The position numbers and the translations under genes were made by a program. Below the pieces are notes generated by a model. It saw only the letters and a program-made list of their open reading frames with translations. It searched no databases and had not been told where the DNA came from. This document shows, piece by piece, positions 14,284 through 24,015 of a stretch of 64,000 bases of DNA. This stretch comes from Candidatus Tenderia sp. (GTDB taxonomy: Bacteria > Pseudomonadota > Gammaproteobacteria > Tenderiales > Tenderiaceae), in assembly GCA_031416075.1 (NCBI GenBank), contig JANOSY010000031.1, positions 19,138-83,137 on the forward strand. Reading direction: 5' to 3'. How positions within the stretch are numbered: position 1 is the first letter of the stretch; every line of letters starts with the position of its first letter.

Positions 14284-15530
14284 ACGTTATCTCCTAACCT
14301 TGCTTGCTCTTCTGAACTATTCTGTTTGGCATCTTTTCGGAACATGTCGCGGATGCCGCGCACTGCCTGACGGGTGCGATGTTCATTTTCAATCAACCCA
14401 AAACGGACATGGTCATCACCATACTGACCAAACCCAATGCCCGGTGCAACCGCCACCTTGGCCTCTTTGAGCAGCTTTTTGCAAAAATCCAGCGACCCCA
14501 TATGGCGATACTGTTCCGGAATCTGAATCCAGACAAACATCGTAGCCTTGGGCGGCTCAACATGCCAACCAATGGCGTTTAAGCCGCTGCACAACACATC
14601 ACGACGGGCCTGATACATGTCACAGATCTCTTTAACACACTCTTGTGGCCCCTCCAACGCGGTAATCGCCGCAATCTGAATGGGGGCAAAAGTACCATAA
14701 TCAAAGTACGACTTGAGTCGCGCCAGCGCCGCCACCAGCGTCGGGTTGCCACACATAAAACCTACCCGCCAACCGGGCATGTTGTAGCTTTTAGAGAGTG
14801 TGAAAAACTCCACCGCCACCTCTTTGGCCCCCGGCACCTGCAGAATGGAGGGGGCAACATAACCATCAAAGACGATATCCGCATAGGCCAGGTCATGCAC
14901 AACCCAGATCTGATGCTCTTTGGCGATGGCCACTACCTTTTCAAAAAACGCCAGATCAACACACTGGGTGGTTGGATTGCCGGGAAAGTTTAGGATCAAC
15001 ATCTTGGGTTTGGGCCAGGAGTCCTTGATCGCCTTCTCCAGCTCATCAAAAAAACAGCCACCCGGCACCATCGGCACGTGGCGGATATCGGCACCGGCAA
15101 TCACAAATCCGTACGGATGGATTGGGTAAGAGGGGTTGGGAACCAACACCGCGTCCCCCGGCCCCACAATCGCCAGGGCCAGATGGGCCAGCCCCTCTTT
15201 AGAACCAATGGTGACAATCGCCTCGGTCTCAGGGTCCAGCTCCACCTCAAACCGGCGTTTGTACCAAGTGGCAATAGCACGCCGCAGACGAGGAATCCCC
15301 TTAGAGACCGAGTAACGATGTGTATCTTCCCGCTGCGCCGCCTCCACCAGCTTTTCGACTATATGTTTGGGGGTCGGTTGATCGGGATTGCCCATGCCAA
15401 AGTCGATGATATCCTCACCACGGGCACGGGCCTTGGCCTTCAGATCATTGACGATATTGAATACATAAGGCGGTAAGCGCTTAATTCTAGGAAAGTCGTC
15501 AATCAAAATATGCGTTCCAGATAGTGACAA
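14280..15530 (-). CDS. PLP-dependent aminotransferase, class I (alanine transaminase-like)
   Basis: 416 aa. [14 protein letters not shown] and [12 protein letters not shown] (PLP Lys) motifs; 4-nt overlap with the hom start. Confidence 0.8.
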   Translation of the reverse strand: MSLSGTHILIDDFPRIKRLPPYVFNIVNDLKAKARARGEDIIDFGMGNPDQPTPKHIVEKLVEAAQREDTHRYSVSKGIPRLRRAIATWYKRRFEVELDPETEAIVTIGSKEGLAHLALAIVGPGDAVLVPNPSYPIHPYGFVIAGADIRHVPMVPGGCFFDELEKAIKDSWPKPKMLILNFPGNPTTQCVDLAFFEKVVAIAKEHQIWVVHDLAYADIVFDGYVAPSILQVPGAKEVAVEFFTLSKSYNMPGWRVGFMCGNPTLVAALARLKSYFDYGTFAPIQIAAITALEGPQECVKEICDMYQARRDVLCSGLNAIGWHVEPPKATMFVWIQIPEQYRHMGSLDFCKKLLKEAKVAVAPGIGFGQYGDDHVRFGLIENEHRTRQAVRGIRDMFRKDAKQNSSEEQARLGDNV

Positions 15531-15661
15531 AAGGGGGTAATTCAGAGGGCGTAACCTTACCGGTGCCCCCTGATGCTGTCAATTATCCTACAGATTAGCC
15601 CTTGAACACAGCCCCTCTCTCAGCAACAATGTCGCCATAGCCATCAATAAAGATAAATCAG

Positions 15662-16096
15662 ATGCAAGTTAACCACGAATTCGACATCCACCTTCACCGC
15701 ATCAAAAGTGTTGATGAGGGGGAGATCGTCATCACCCTCCCCTTTGAAGTGGGCACGCTGGAAGAGAATAGCGGAGAGACACTGCCCAAAAGTGTGCAGA
15801 CGGAAAAGCTGAGCAGCAGCGCCATTATCATGCCCCGCCTGCTGGTGAAGGACTGGCCGCCTCAACAGGTAGCGCAACTGAGCCGAAACGATATCCAGCA
15901 ACTAGCCGCCCTTAAACCTGAGCTTGTCCTCATCGGCACAGGCAAACGTCTGCAATGGCCCGACCGCGCCCTGCTGGTACCGCTTATGGAGGCCGGCATC
16001 GGTTACGAAATCATGGATACCGCCGCCGCCTGCCGCACCTACAACATCCTCTCCTACGAAGGACGTGTGGTCGCGGCAGCGTTAATGATGATCTGA
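15662..16096 (+). CDS. Mth938-like / DUF498 domain protein
   Basis: 144 aa. C-terminal LVLIGTGKRLQWP...GIGYEIMDTAAACRTYNIL is typical of this family (from memory). Confidence 0.6.
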   Translation: MQVNHEFDIHLHRIKSVDEGEIVITLPFEVGTLEENSGETLPKSVQTEKLSSSAIIMPRLLVKDWPPQQVAQLSRNDIQQLAALKPELVLIGTGKRLQWPDRALLVPLMEAGIGYEIMDTAAACRTYNILSYEGRVVAAALMMI

Positions 16097-16882
16097 CCTT
16101 ATATAATGAGCGACCGGTTCATCGCTCAAACGCCTGCCTCCACACCACGCAAACAAAACTCCACCCATCGACAGCGTCCAGACCACTACCGCGCCCGAAG
16201 GGAGATCAAACACGGCAGAGAGCACCAGCCCAACGGCATAGCCCAGTACACCTACGCTGTAACCCACCATGAGTTGACGGCGTGCCACATGGAAACGGCT
16301 GGCCAGCGCCGGGATGATAAGGCTAGCAAAGACCAGATAGACCCCCACCAGCTGTACCGACACCGTCACCACCACGGCAAACAGCGCATAAAACCCAATC
16401 ACCCCAAGCCTGTCGCGCAGACCAAACCAGAGCACCAGTACCACTACCGTCAACAAGGCAAAGGGCAGCAGCTGTGTGTAGTTAACCCACAGAATCTGCC
16501 CCACCAGCAGCTCCTTAAGCTGTTCACCACCATGAGGATTATTGGCCAGCAGCAACATGCCAGCACAGGCGGCCAATACAAATAGCACACCGATCAGCGC
16601 CTCCTGGATCTCGGGCCACCGTTTTTCGGTGAAGGTCAGCAGCAACGCCCCCAGCAGTGCTGCCGTGACGGCAGAGAGTTGTACTGCAAACCCTTGCGGC
16701 CCCCACCCCAAGGCATCCGCCACAATCACCCCCAGCCCGGCAATCTGGGCGATGGCAAGATCGATAAAGACAATGCCACGCGCCAACACCTGCTGCCCCA
16801 GCGGTACATGGCTGGCCAGCACCAGCAGCCCCGCGCAAAAGGCGGGGCCGAGGATGGCAACATCTAACCCGTCCAGATTCAT
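16082..16882 (-). CDS. Metal ABC transporter permease (ABC-3 / ZnuB-like), second copy
   Basis: 266-aa polytopic membrane protein. ATGA overlap with the upstream SBP gene. Confidence 0.8.
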   Translation of the reverse strand: MNLDGLDVAILGPAFCAGLLVLASHVPLGQQVLARGIVFIDLAIAQIAGLGVIVADALGWGPQGFAVQLSAVTAALLGALLLTFTEKRWPEIQEALIGVLFVLAACAGMLLLANNPHGGEQLKELLVGQILWVNYTQLLPFALLTVVVLVLWFGLRDRLGVIGFYALFAVVVTVSVQLVGVYLVFASLIIPALASRFHVARRQLMVGYSVGVLGYAVGLVLSAVFDLPSGAVVVWTLSMGGVLFAWCGGRRLSDEPVAHYIRSDHH

Positions 16883-17784
16883 TTCAGCGCTGCCAACAGA
16901 CGTTGCACCGTGTCATCAAACAGACCAAACAGATCCTTGGCCTGACCTGAGCCACCGACAGTGCCCGGCAACATCACCGCTGGAGTCTTGGCCCGCTCAC
17001 TCAACCACTCGGAGGGGCGGGCGCTGTTGTACGGCGTACGCAAAACCATTCGTGCCGGTTGCCGCTGCAACTGCTCCAGCACTCCGGCAAGATGGCTGCT
17101 GCTCGGTTGCACACCCGGTTTGGGTTCGAGCTGCGCCACCTGAACCAGCCCCAGCCAGTTTTCAAGATAGGCGAAGTAGTTGTGGTGGACCACCACCGCT
17201 ACACCACGTAGCGGTGCGGCCTCCCGCTCCCAGCGCTTCATTGCCGCATCCCAACGCGCCGCAAAATCGCGGTAACGTGTCTGATAATGGAGTGCATTGA
17301 CCGGGTCGATCTCAGCCAGTCGTTGCGCCAACGCCGCTGCAATACGGGCAATGTTGCGTGGGTCAGTCTGGATATGTGGATTGCCCGACGCGTGAATATC
17401 ACCGGCGGCACGATCAAGCTCTGTCGCAACACCTACCCGCTGCACATGCCTGGCGGCCTCAAAATAACCGGGCCTGCCGGGCTGGATGACAGCGTTACCC
17501 GCTTGCTGCAATACCAGCGGTAACCATGCCGCTTCAAGTTCCGCACCACTGCAGACCAACAGGTTGGCGCGCCGCGCCTGTGCCAGCAGGCTGGGTCTGG
17601 CCTGGACCTGATGTGGATCCTGCATCGCATTAGTGGCGACGTAGATCGAGAGCCGATCACCGCCCAGCTCCTGCGCCAGCGCACCCCACTCCGGTTCACA
17701 GGCAAAGAGGTTGAGCGCCGCTGCATTGGCAGAGAAGATTAGCGCTGTCACGCACATAGAAAATACAGTTAGAATTTTTTTCAT
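16879..17784 (-). CDS. Metal ABC transporter substrate-binding protein (ZnuA/TroA-like), second copy
   Basis: Start moved to ATG 17784 (MKKILTVFSM signal peptide, GGAG SD). TroA-like SBP sequence; lacks the His-rich loop of the first ZnuA. Confidence 0.75.
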   Translation of the reverse strand: MKKILTVFSMCVTALIFSANAAALNLFACEPEWGALAQELGGDRLSIYVATNAMQDPHQVQARPSLLAQARRANLLVCSGAELEAAWLPLVLQQAGNAVIQPGRPGYFEAARHVQRVGVATELDRAAGDIHASGNPHIQTDPRNIARIAAALAQRLAEIDPVNALHYQTRYRDFAARWDAAMKRWEREAAPLRGVAVVVHHNYFAYLENWLGLVQVAQLEPKPGVQPSSSHLAGVLEQLQRQPARMVLRTPYNSARPSEWLSERAKTPAVMLPGTVGGSGQAKDLFGLFDDTVQRLLAALK

Positions 17785-17802
17785 AATAGTTGCTCCTGAC
17801 AA

Positions 17803-19089
17803 TCAGAATTGATGGCTGCCGTGAGCACCCAGGCTCATGTGGTATTGGAGAAACGCCTGATTATCGGTGAGATCCTGACGCGACTTGTCCTGCGTAAACT
17901 GCAGGCGGATGCGGCCAAACTCACTCGGACGGTAATCCACCATCACACTCTGCTTCGACGGGTTGAAACTTGGTGCTGCCATATTGGCGCTGTTGGCACC
18001 ATATTCCAACGTGCCAACATTAAGACGTTCACCGCGCAGCCCCACACGCCAGTTGGGCATAAACTGATAGATGCTCTGGAGATACCAGCCGGACTGTTTG
18101 GCATCATAGGCTGCGGTATTGTCGCTGCCACCCACATCGTAGGTCAGCTCACCACTCTCATTGCGATGCAGATACTCCCCCTGCAATTTGAAATTGCTGT
18201 AGGCGGCGTTACCGCTGGGGGCGTACTTCCAGACAAAATCAGCAATCCAGAGACGACTGTCACCGCTGAAGCTGTTGGTCACCTCAGCATCGACCAGATC
18301 AACATCAGATACCTCACGCCCCTGCGCCACACTACTCAACATGGAGAGGCCGGCACGCCAGCTATTGCTGATCCCCACGTCACCGCCAAAATGGGCAAAA
18401 AAGGCCGCCGCGCCGCTGCCATTTTTGTCGCGCTCACTGGCAGGAAACCCCGAGCCGCGCATAGCCTCCACACCAATCTCAACAAAAGTTTCAGTAGGGG
18501 CCAGCCACTTCAGCTGCACACCATCATCACCATACTGCCCGCCCAACAGCGTCTGATAGACCAGTGGCGCATCGACAAAATCCCAAGCGTGCGGATGTTG
18601 CACATTGAGGTAACCAATACCGGAGAAGAGCCTCCCCGCCTTGATGCTGAGGCCATGCGAAAGCGCGATAGTCTGGATGTACCCCTCCTCCAGCTCCACC
18701 TCGCCCTCCGACGTTAATACCAGCGCGAGATTACCAAAGAGATAGGGGTCGATATTGGCGGAAATAACCAGCTCACTTTCACCCAGACTGAAACCACGAC
18801 CGCCCGGCCCGGTCTCGCTATCCTCCGGCAAGGCAAAACCGCCGATGCGATAACCCTCCGGTGATTGGGAGAGATTGGTATATAACCCGGAAAGGATTAG
18901 CGCGATGACGGGGTTGAAGGCGTTTGCCGATGATGCGGGCACTTTCACTAACAACTCATTTTCAAAACGTTCAAGCCGCTGTTCAAACGCCTGCAACCGT
19001 TGATCGTCACTCCCCGCAGCGACCTCCGCTGCCACCACCGCACCAGAAAACAGCGCCAAAGCCGCTACACTCAACTTGTAATGAAACAT
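17803..19089 (-). CDS. Outer-membrane beta-barrel protein (porin-like), zinc-cluster associated
   Basis: 428 aa. Signal peptide MFHYKLSVAALALFSGAVVA, an N-terminal coiled segment, alternating beta-strand pattern, and a C-terminal aromatic ...SHQF. Confidence 0.6.
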   Translation of the reverse strand: MFHYKLSVAALALFSGAVVAAEVAAGSDDQRLQAFEQRLERFENELLVKVPASSANAFNPVIALILSGLYTNLSQSPEGYRIGGFALPEDSETGPGGRGFSLGESELVISANIDPYLFGNLALVLTSEGEVELEEGYIQTIALSHGLSIKAGRLFSGIGYLNVQHPHAWDFVDAPLVYQTLLGGQYGDDGVQLKWLAPTETFVEIGVEAMRGSGFPASERDKNGSGAAAFFAHFGGDVGISNSWRAGLSMLSSVAQGREVSDVDLVDAEVTNSFSGDSRLWIADFVWKYAPSGNAAYSNFKLQGEYLHRNESGELTYDVGGSDNTAAYDAKQSGWYLQSIYQFMPNWRVGLRGERLNVGTLEYGANSANMAAPSFNPSKQSVMVDYRPSEFGRIRLQFTQDKSRQDLTDNQAFLQYHMSLGAHGSHQF

Positions 19090-19183
19090 AAATACTCCCT
19101 ACGCAAGAATAGATTTAACCGAGCCATGTCGGCTCATCACCATGGCAACAGCCACGGCGACCTAGATAAAGATGAAATCGGAG

Positions 19184-19465
19184 TTAAAACGAGACGTTAA
19201 CGGGAGGCGCGCGGGCACTATAAAAATCGCTGGCAATGGAAGCCTGTAACCACGTAACAGGCTGGAATAGAGTAACCTCATCAGCACGCAGCAGTGCAAA
19301 TGAGAAGGTTCCGACGACCACACTGGCCAGTGGCGTTCCATGGAGGCAGACAGAGCAGCTGGCCCCCTCTTTATGGGCAGAAAAATCATACTCGTGGACA
19401 AGCAGAGTCGCCTGCCCCAAGAGCAGCGACAGCGCCAATACCAGGCTAGAGAGGCGTTGCATCAT
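19184..19465 (-). CDS. Small secreted or membrane-anchored Cys/His protein (hypothetical)
   Basis: 93 aa. Signal-like MMQRLSSLVLALSLLLGQA followed by HEYDFSAHKEGASCSVCLH. It starts 21 bp after the znuA stop. Confidence 0.45.
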   Translation of the reverse strand: MMQRLSSLVLALSLLLGQATLLVHEYDFSAHKEGASCSVCLHGTPLASVVVGTFSFALLRADEVTLFQPVTWLQASIASDFYSARAPPVNVSF

Positions 19466-19486
19466 TCACACCGTCAACAAAACAGA

Positions 19487-20401
19487 TCACCGTAAACATC
19501 CCGCCAGATTTTGCGCCAAGCCACGCATCAGCTTGAAATAGAGATCCGGCCCCGGTTGTAAGCCGCTGCCAATACCATCCAGTACACCGCTTTTTATCCC
19601 AGTGCCAGCCGTCACCAGCTGTACAGCGGCGGCAGAGTATTGCGGCTCACTAAAGATACAGCGCACCTGCTGCTGTTTGACCATGGTACTGATTTCGCTC
19701 AACCGTTTAGCACCCGGTTTATGCTCCGCATCAACACTAATCGCGCCAGCGGCACGCAGTTTGAAACGATCTTCAAAGTAGTGGTAGCCGTCATGAAATA
19801 CCAGATAAGGAACAGTACGTACCGGCGTTAGGGTGGCATCAATCTCTCGGGTGAGTTCATCGAGCTGCTGTAATAGTACTGTACTGTTACGGCGATACTG
19901 CACCGTGTGGCCGGGATCAATCTCACTCAGCCTTGCTGCCACCGCTGTCACAATGACCTTGGCATTAGTGGTATCCAGCCAGAGATGGCCATCCATCTCC
20001 CCTGCCCCGTGATCATGCAGTGAATGCTCATGCGCCTGCCAGAATCCACCACTGCGACTGGGTAGCAGCGCCATACCCGGCAGTGTCACCAGCTTGATCA
20101 CCCGTTGGTCGCTGTTGATAGAGCGCAAGGTACGAGGCATAAAGCTCTCCACACTCTCGCCATTCCAGACAATCAGGTCAGCACGTTGCAACGCCTTGAT
20201 CTGGGATGGTTTGAGCATGTAACTGTGGGGCGATGCTGCGCCGCTGATCAGCAGCTCCGGCGTTGTGACCCCCGCCATCACAGCGGCGACCAGTGAATGT
20301 ATCGGGGCGATGCTCACCACCACTCGCGGACCTTCGGCAGCCTGCAGTGGCAACACTACCAGCAGCGTTAACACACCTATAATAGAGAGACGACAAAACA
20401 T
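19487..20401 (-). CDS. znuA: Zinc ABC transporter substrate-binding protein ZnuA
   Basis: 304 aa. Signal peptide and the His/acidic loop HEHSLHDHGAGEMDGH characteristic of ZnuA. Divergent from zur-znuCB. Confidence 0.9.
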   Translation of the reverse strand: MFCRLSIIGVLTLLVVLPLQAAEGPRVVVSIAPIHSLVAAVMAGVTTPELLISGAASPHSYMLKPSQIKALQRADLIVWNGESVESFMPRTLRSINSDQRVIKLVTLPGMALLPSRSGGFWQAHEHSLHDHGAGEMDGHLWLDTTNAKVIVTAVAARLSEIDPGHTVQYRRNSTVLLQQLDELTREIDATLTPVRTVPYLVFHDGYHYFEDRFKLRAAGAISVDAEHKPGAKRLSEISTMVKQQQVRCIFSEPQYSAAAVQLVTAGTGIKSGVLDGIGSGLQPGPDLYFKLMRGLAQNLAGCLR

Positions 20402-20426
20402 CGATTATCAGCAGCCTTGAATGATT

Positions 20427-20449
20427 GATATGTTATAGTATAACAACTT
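20427..20449. promoter_or_regulatory. Zur box in the znuA / zur-znuCB divergent promoter
   Basis: GATATGTTATAGTATAACAACTT. The core TGTTATA-G-TATAACA (20431-20445) is a perfect palindrome matching the proteobacterial Zur operator consensus. Confidence 0.85.
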
Positions 20450-20471
20450 CCACCATTAATATAGCTACGTC

Positions 20472-20966
20472 ATGCCTAAAATCACTGACCAACGCTTCAC
20501 CCCGCACGACCACCGCCGCTGCATCAAAGCAGCCATGGAGGAGGCGATACGCATCTGTCATGAACGGAATGGCCGCCTCACCGAGCAGCGCAAACGGGTA
20601 CTGGAGCTAGTATGGAGCAGCCATCAGCCCATCGGCGCATATACCATTCTCGAACAGCTGCGTGGCGAAGGGTTTAATGGTGCCCCCCCCACGGTCTACC
20701 GCGCCCTGGAGTTTCTGCTCGATCATGGTTTGATCCATCGCATCGAAAGCCTTAACGCCTACACCGGTTGCTCCCACCCGGGTGATGAACATACAGGGCA
20801 GTTTCTAATCTGCTCCCGCTGTCATGAGGTGGCTGAACTGGATGATCCCGCCGTCAGTCGTGCCATCACCCACAGCAGCGCCAGCATCGGTTTTGCCGCG
20901 GCCCATCAGGTGATTGAAATTCGTGGCCTCTGCTCCCACTGTCAGGCACTACCCCATGACCAATAA
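20472..20966 (+). CDS. zur: Zinc uptake regulator (Fur family)
   Basis: 164 aa. Fur-family wHTH plus CxxC pairs (CSRCH..., CSHC); lies upstream of znuCB. Confidence 0.9.
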   Translation: MPKITDQRFTPHDHRRCIKAAMEEAIRICHERNGRLTEQRKRVLELVWSSHQPIGAYTILEQLRGEGFNGAPPTVYRALEFLLDHGLIHRIESLNAYTGCSHPGDEHTGQFLICSRCHEVAELDDPAVSRAITHSSASIGFAAAHQVIEIRGLCSHCQALPHDQ

Positions 20967-21741
20967 CCACGAACCGCTGCTGGAGTGTTCCGGTGTCAGC
21001 CTCTCGCTACAAGGCCGGGTAATTCTGGACAATGTGGATCTCACCATCCGTCGTGGCGAAATCACCACCCTAATCGGCCCCAACGGCGCGGGCAAATCCA
21101 CCCTGGTACGGGTGGCACTGGGATTGATGAAACCAGACCGTGGCAGCGTCAACATCGCCGCCGGCACCTGTATCGGTTATATGCCACAACGGCTCACCAT
21201 CGACCCGGTACTGCCACTCACAGTGCAGCGCTTTTTAACCCTGGCCAGCCATCACCCCAAAAGCAGATTGCTTGAAACCTTGAACGAGACCGGTGCCGCG
21301 CACCTGCTCGACTCGCCGATGCAGACACTCTCCGGCGGCGAAACACAACGGGTACTACTGGCGCGGGCCATGCTGCGGAACCCCACACTATTAATATTGG
21401 ATGAACCGGTACAAGGGGTAGATATCACCGGTCAGGAGGAGCTGTACCGCCTGATTGGCAACATTCGCCAACGCCACCACTGTGGTATTTTAATGATCTC
21501 TCACGATCTGCATCTGGTGATGAGCGCCACAGATCAAGTGCTCTGCCTCAACCGCCACGTCTGCTGCTCCGGCCACCCCGACAGCGTTCGCAACGACCCC
21601 AGCTACGTAGCATTGTTTGGTCAATCCGGGGCTAAAACACCCATATTAATGCCGTACAACCACCACCATGACCACAGCCACGACGTACACGGCGATGTTG
21701 TGGCGGACAAAAATCAACACAAAGGGTGCAACCATGGATGA
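20956..21741 (+). CDS. znuC: Zinc ABC transporter ATP-binding protein ZnuC
   Basis: Start moved to ATG 20956 (MTNNHEPLLE). Walker A GPNGAGKST, signature LSGGETQR, Walker B LLILDEP, and a His-rich C-terminal tail NHHHDHSHDVHGD. Confidence 0.9.
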   Translation: MTNNHEPLLECSGVSLSLQGRVILDNVDLTIRRGEITTLIGPNGAGKSTLVRVALGLMKPDRGSVNIAAGTCIGYMPQRLTIDPVLPLTVQRFLTLASHHPKSRLLETLNETGAAHLLDSPMQTLSGGETQRVLLARAMLRNPTLLILDEPVQGVDITGQEELYRLIGNIRQRHHCGILMISHDLHLVMSATDQVLCLNRHVCCSGHPDSVRNDPSYVALFGQSGAKTPILMPYNHHHDHSHDVHGDVVADKNQHKGCNHG

Positions 21742-22540
21742 TTTTCTGCTGCGCGCCCTGCTTGCGGGACTTGGCGTCGCACTGATCGCCGGACCACTCG
21801 GCAGCTTTGTGGTCTGGCGGCGCATGGCCTATTTTGGCGATACCCTCGCCCACGCTGCACTGCTTGGGGTGGCGCTCGGTTTTCTGCTGGAGTTCAACGC
21901 CAACATTGGTGTGATTGTGGTCTGCGTAATTCTCGCGCTGCTGCTAGTGGCGCTACAGCAGCAGCGCCGCCTTGCCAGCGACACCTTGCTGGGTATTCTC
22001 TCCCATACCACCCTCTCCCTCGGACTGATCGCTATTGCCTCCATGGAGACCCTACGTATCGACCTGATGAGCTATCTGTTTGGCGATATTCTGACCGTCA
22101 ATACCACTGATCTCTACTGGATATGGGGCTGTGCCATCATCGCGCTAGCAGTACTCATCAAAATCTGGCGGCCACTGCTCGCCATCACCGTACATGAAGA
22201 GCTGGCACAGGTTGAAGGGGTACCTGTCACCCGAATCAGATTGATGTTGATGTTACTGATGGCGCTGGTGATTGCCGTGGCTATGAAGGTGGTGGGCATA
22301 TTGTTAATCACCTCACTGCTGATCATCCCCGCCGCCACCGCCCGCACCTTCGCCCGCAATCCGGAACAGATGGCCCTATTTGCCGCACTCATCGGCAGCA
22401 TCGCTGTAAGTGGTGGCCTCGGTGCCTCACTTAAGTGGGATCTACCGGCAGGGCCTGCCATCGTTGTCAGTGCCGCCATCCTCTTTTTTATTAGCCACCT
22501 CTGGTGGAGTCGCCGTGCTCAGGCCAGCGGGGCCATTTAA
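21734..22540 (+). CDS. znuB: Zinc ABC transporter permease ZnuB
   Basis: Start moved to ATG 21734 (MDDFLLRALLAG), overlapping the znuC stop (ATGGATGA). Polytopic ABC-3 permease. Confidence 0.9.
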   Translation: MDDFLLRALLAGLGVALIAGPLGSFVVWRRMAYFGDTLAHAALLGVALGFLLEFNANIGVIVVCVILALLLVALQQQRRLASDTLLGILSHTTLSLGLIAIASMETLRIDLMSYLFGDILTVNTTDLYWIWGCAIIALAVLIKIWRPLLAITVHEELAQVEGVPVTRIRLMLMLLMALVIAVAMKVVGILLITSLLIIPAATARTFARNPEQMALFAALIGSIAVSGGLGASLKWDLPAGPAIVVSAAILFFISHLWWSRRAQASGAI

Positions 22541-22587
22541 GGCATGGCCTTCACCATGCCCACTCAATCCCATGCCGTAAGTCAACC

Positions 22588-23259
22588 ATGAATCCTTGGG
22601 AACTGCTCGACAGCTGCAGCGTATCCGGGGAGGGTGGCGAGATGCGCCTCTACCGTCGTGATCAGGAGTACTCCATTCGAACCGGAAATCAAGAGTTGAT
22701 GAATAGCCGCGTCCACGGCTCCGAAGAGGCACTGGCCGAACTGGCTTGCAAACGGGTCAACACCCGCCCACAACCGCGCATCCTGATCGGTGGACTTGGC
22801 ATGGGGTATACACTCGCCGCCGCACTCAACAATCTGGGCGCAACCGCCGAAGTGGGCATCGCAGAGCTGGTACCTGCGGTCATAAAGTGGAACCAGACGC
22901 TATTGGGGCCATTGGCGGGCACACCATTAAACGATAAACGGGTGACGCTGTTTGAAGGTGATGTTGGCAAACTGATCCGCAGTCAAAAGAACAACTACGA
23001 CGCCATCCTGCTCGATGTCGACAACGGCCCCGAAGGGCTAACCCGCAAAGAGAACAACAGCCTCTACAGCCCCACAGGGCTCAGCGCCGCCGCCGCCGCA
23101 CTTCGACCCGGCGGCATTTTTGCCGTCTGGTCCATCACACCCGACTCGGCCTTTACCAAAAAATTGCAACGTGCAAGATTTAACGTGGAAGAGGTACGGG
23201 CACGGGCACGAGGTAACCGTGGTGCACGCCATATGATCTGGCTTGGCAGCAAACGTTAA
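22588..23259 (+). CDS. Spermidine-synthase-like SAM-dependent methyltransferase-fold protein
   Basis: Start moved to ATG 22588 (MNPWELL). Motif RILIGGLGMGYTL and DAILLDVDNGP are typical of spermine/spermidine synthase-like proteins. Confidence 0.6.
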   Translation: MNPWELLDSCSVSGEGGEMRLYRRDQEYSIRTGNQELMNSRVHGSEEALAELACKRVNTRPQPRILIGGLGMGYTLAAALNNLGATAEVGIAELVPAVIKWNQTLLGPLAGTPLNDKRVTLFEGDVGKLIRSQKNNYDAILLDVDNGPEGLTRKENNSLYSPTGLSAAAAALRPGGIFAVWSITPDSAFTKKLQRARFNVEEVRARARGNRGARHMIWLGSKR

Positions 23260-23327
23260 CCGCGTGCAGCTATTACGATAAAAATACCCCGCTTTTTTTA
23301 CACTACCCGCCTCCGCAGATAATAACC

Positions 23328-24011
23328 TCAATAGTCATCACACACCGTTGCTAAAAAGTCCTGCAACGTACGCCCCACGGTTGACTCATAACGCTCCGTT
23401 AACAGCACCACCGCCTCCATACGATCCAGCCTGAAGTGGCGAAACTCATCCCTCAGTTCACACCAGGCAACCAAGGTCCACACCCTCCCCCAATAGAACA
23501 GTCCCAATGGATGCACAATGCGATTGGAGTGCTGCCCATCGGCACGTACATAATCAAAACTGACCTTGCGTTGTAACCGCGCCGCATCACGCAGCAGCGG
23601 CATATGCAGCCCCGCCTGGGTATTCATTGAAAAATCGGGAACTATAATCTGCTGGCGGCCCAACTCTGGCTTCAACCGTTCAGGTACAACCGCTTCGATC
23701 TTTTTCAATACCTGGGTGGCCGCTGCTGCCATCTGTTGATCTGTCCACGCCTGCACCATACGCACACCCAACAACAGCGCCTCCAGCTCCTGCACCGTAA
23801 ACATCAGCGGTGGCAGCTGAAACCCTTTCATCAATTTGTAGCCAACACCCGCCTCACCCACAATAGGTACGCCGTTCAGGCAGAGGTCCTGGATATCACG
23901 ATAGATGGTGCGTTCAGAGACTTGCAACAGCTCTGCAAGTGTACGGGCAGTGGTCACACGCTCATGGTGCAACTGCTGAACAAGTTGAAAAAGGCGGTCA
24001 GCACGGCGCAT
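23328..24011 (-). CDS. YafY-family transcriptional regulator (HTH + WYL domain)
   Basis: 227 aa, MRRADRLFQLVQQL...SERTIYRDIQDL HTH, and a WYL-like C-terminal half. Confidence 0.8.
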   Translation of the reverse strand: MRRADRLFQLVQQLHHERVTTARTLAELLQVSERTIYRDIQDLCLNGVPIVGEAGVGYKLMKGFQLPPLMFTVQELEALLLGVRMVQAWTDQQMAAAATQVLKKIEAVVPERLKPELGRQQIIVPDFSMNTQAGLHMPLLRDAARLQRKVSFDYVRADGQHSNRIVHPLGLFYWGRVWTLVAWCELRDEFRHFRLDRMEAVVLLTERYESTVGRTLQDFLATVCDDY

Positions 24012-24015
24012 TTAA

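Noticed and set aside
16542-17300. 252-aa plus-strand ORF rich in Pro/Ala/Ser
   Set aside because: It overlaps the second metal permease and SBP genes on the opposite strand. The low-complexity composition is typical of a shadow frame.
17809-18717. 302-aa plus-strand ORF
   Set aside because: It is antisense to the OMP gene, which has a signal peptide, beta-strand periodicity and a C-terminal aromatic residue. The antisense product has none of these.
20914-20955. Upstream start for znuC giving a 275-aa product
   Set aside because: It would overlap zur by 53 nt and add a non-conserved peptide. ATG 20956 gives the usual ZnuC N-terminus.
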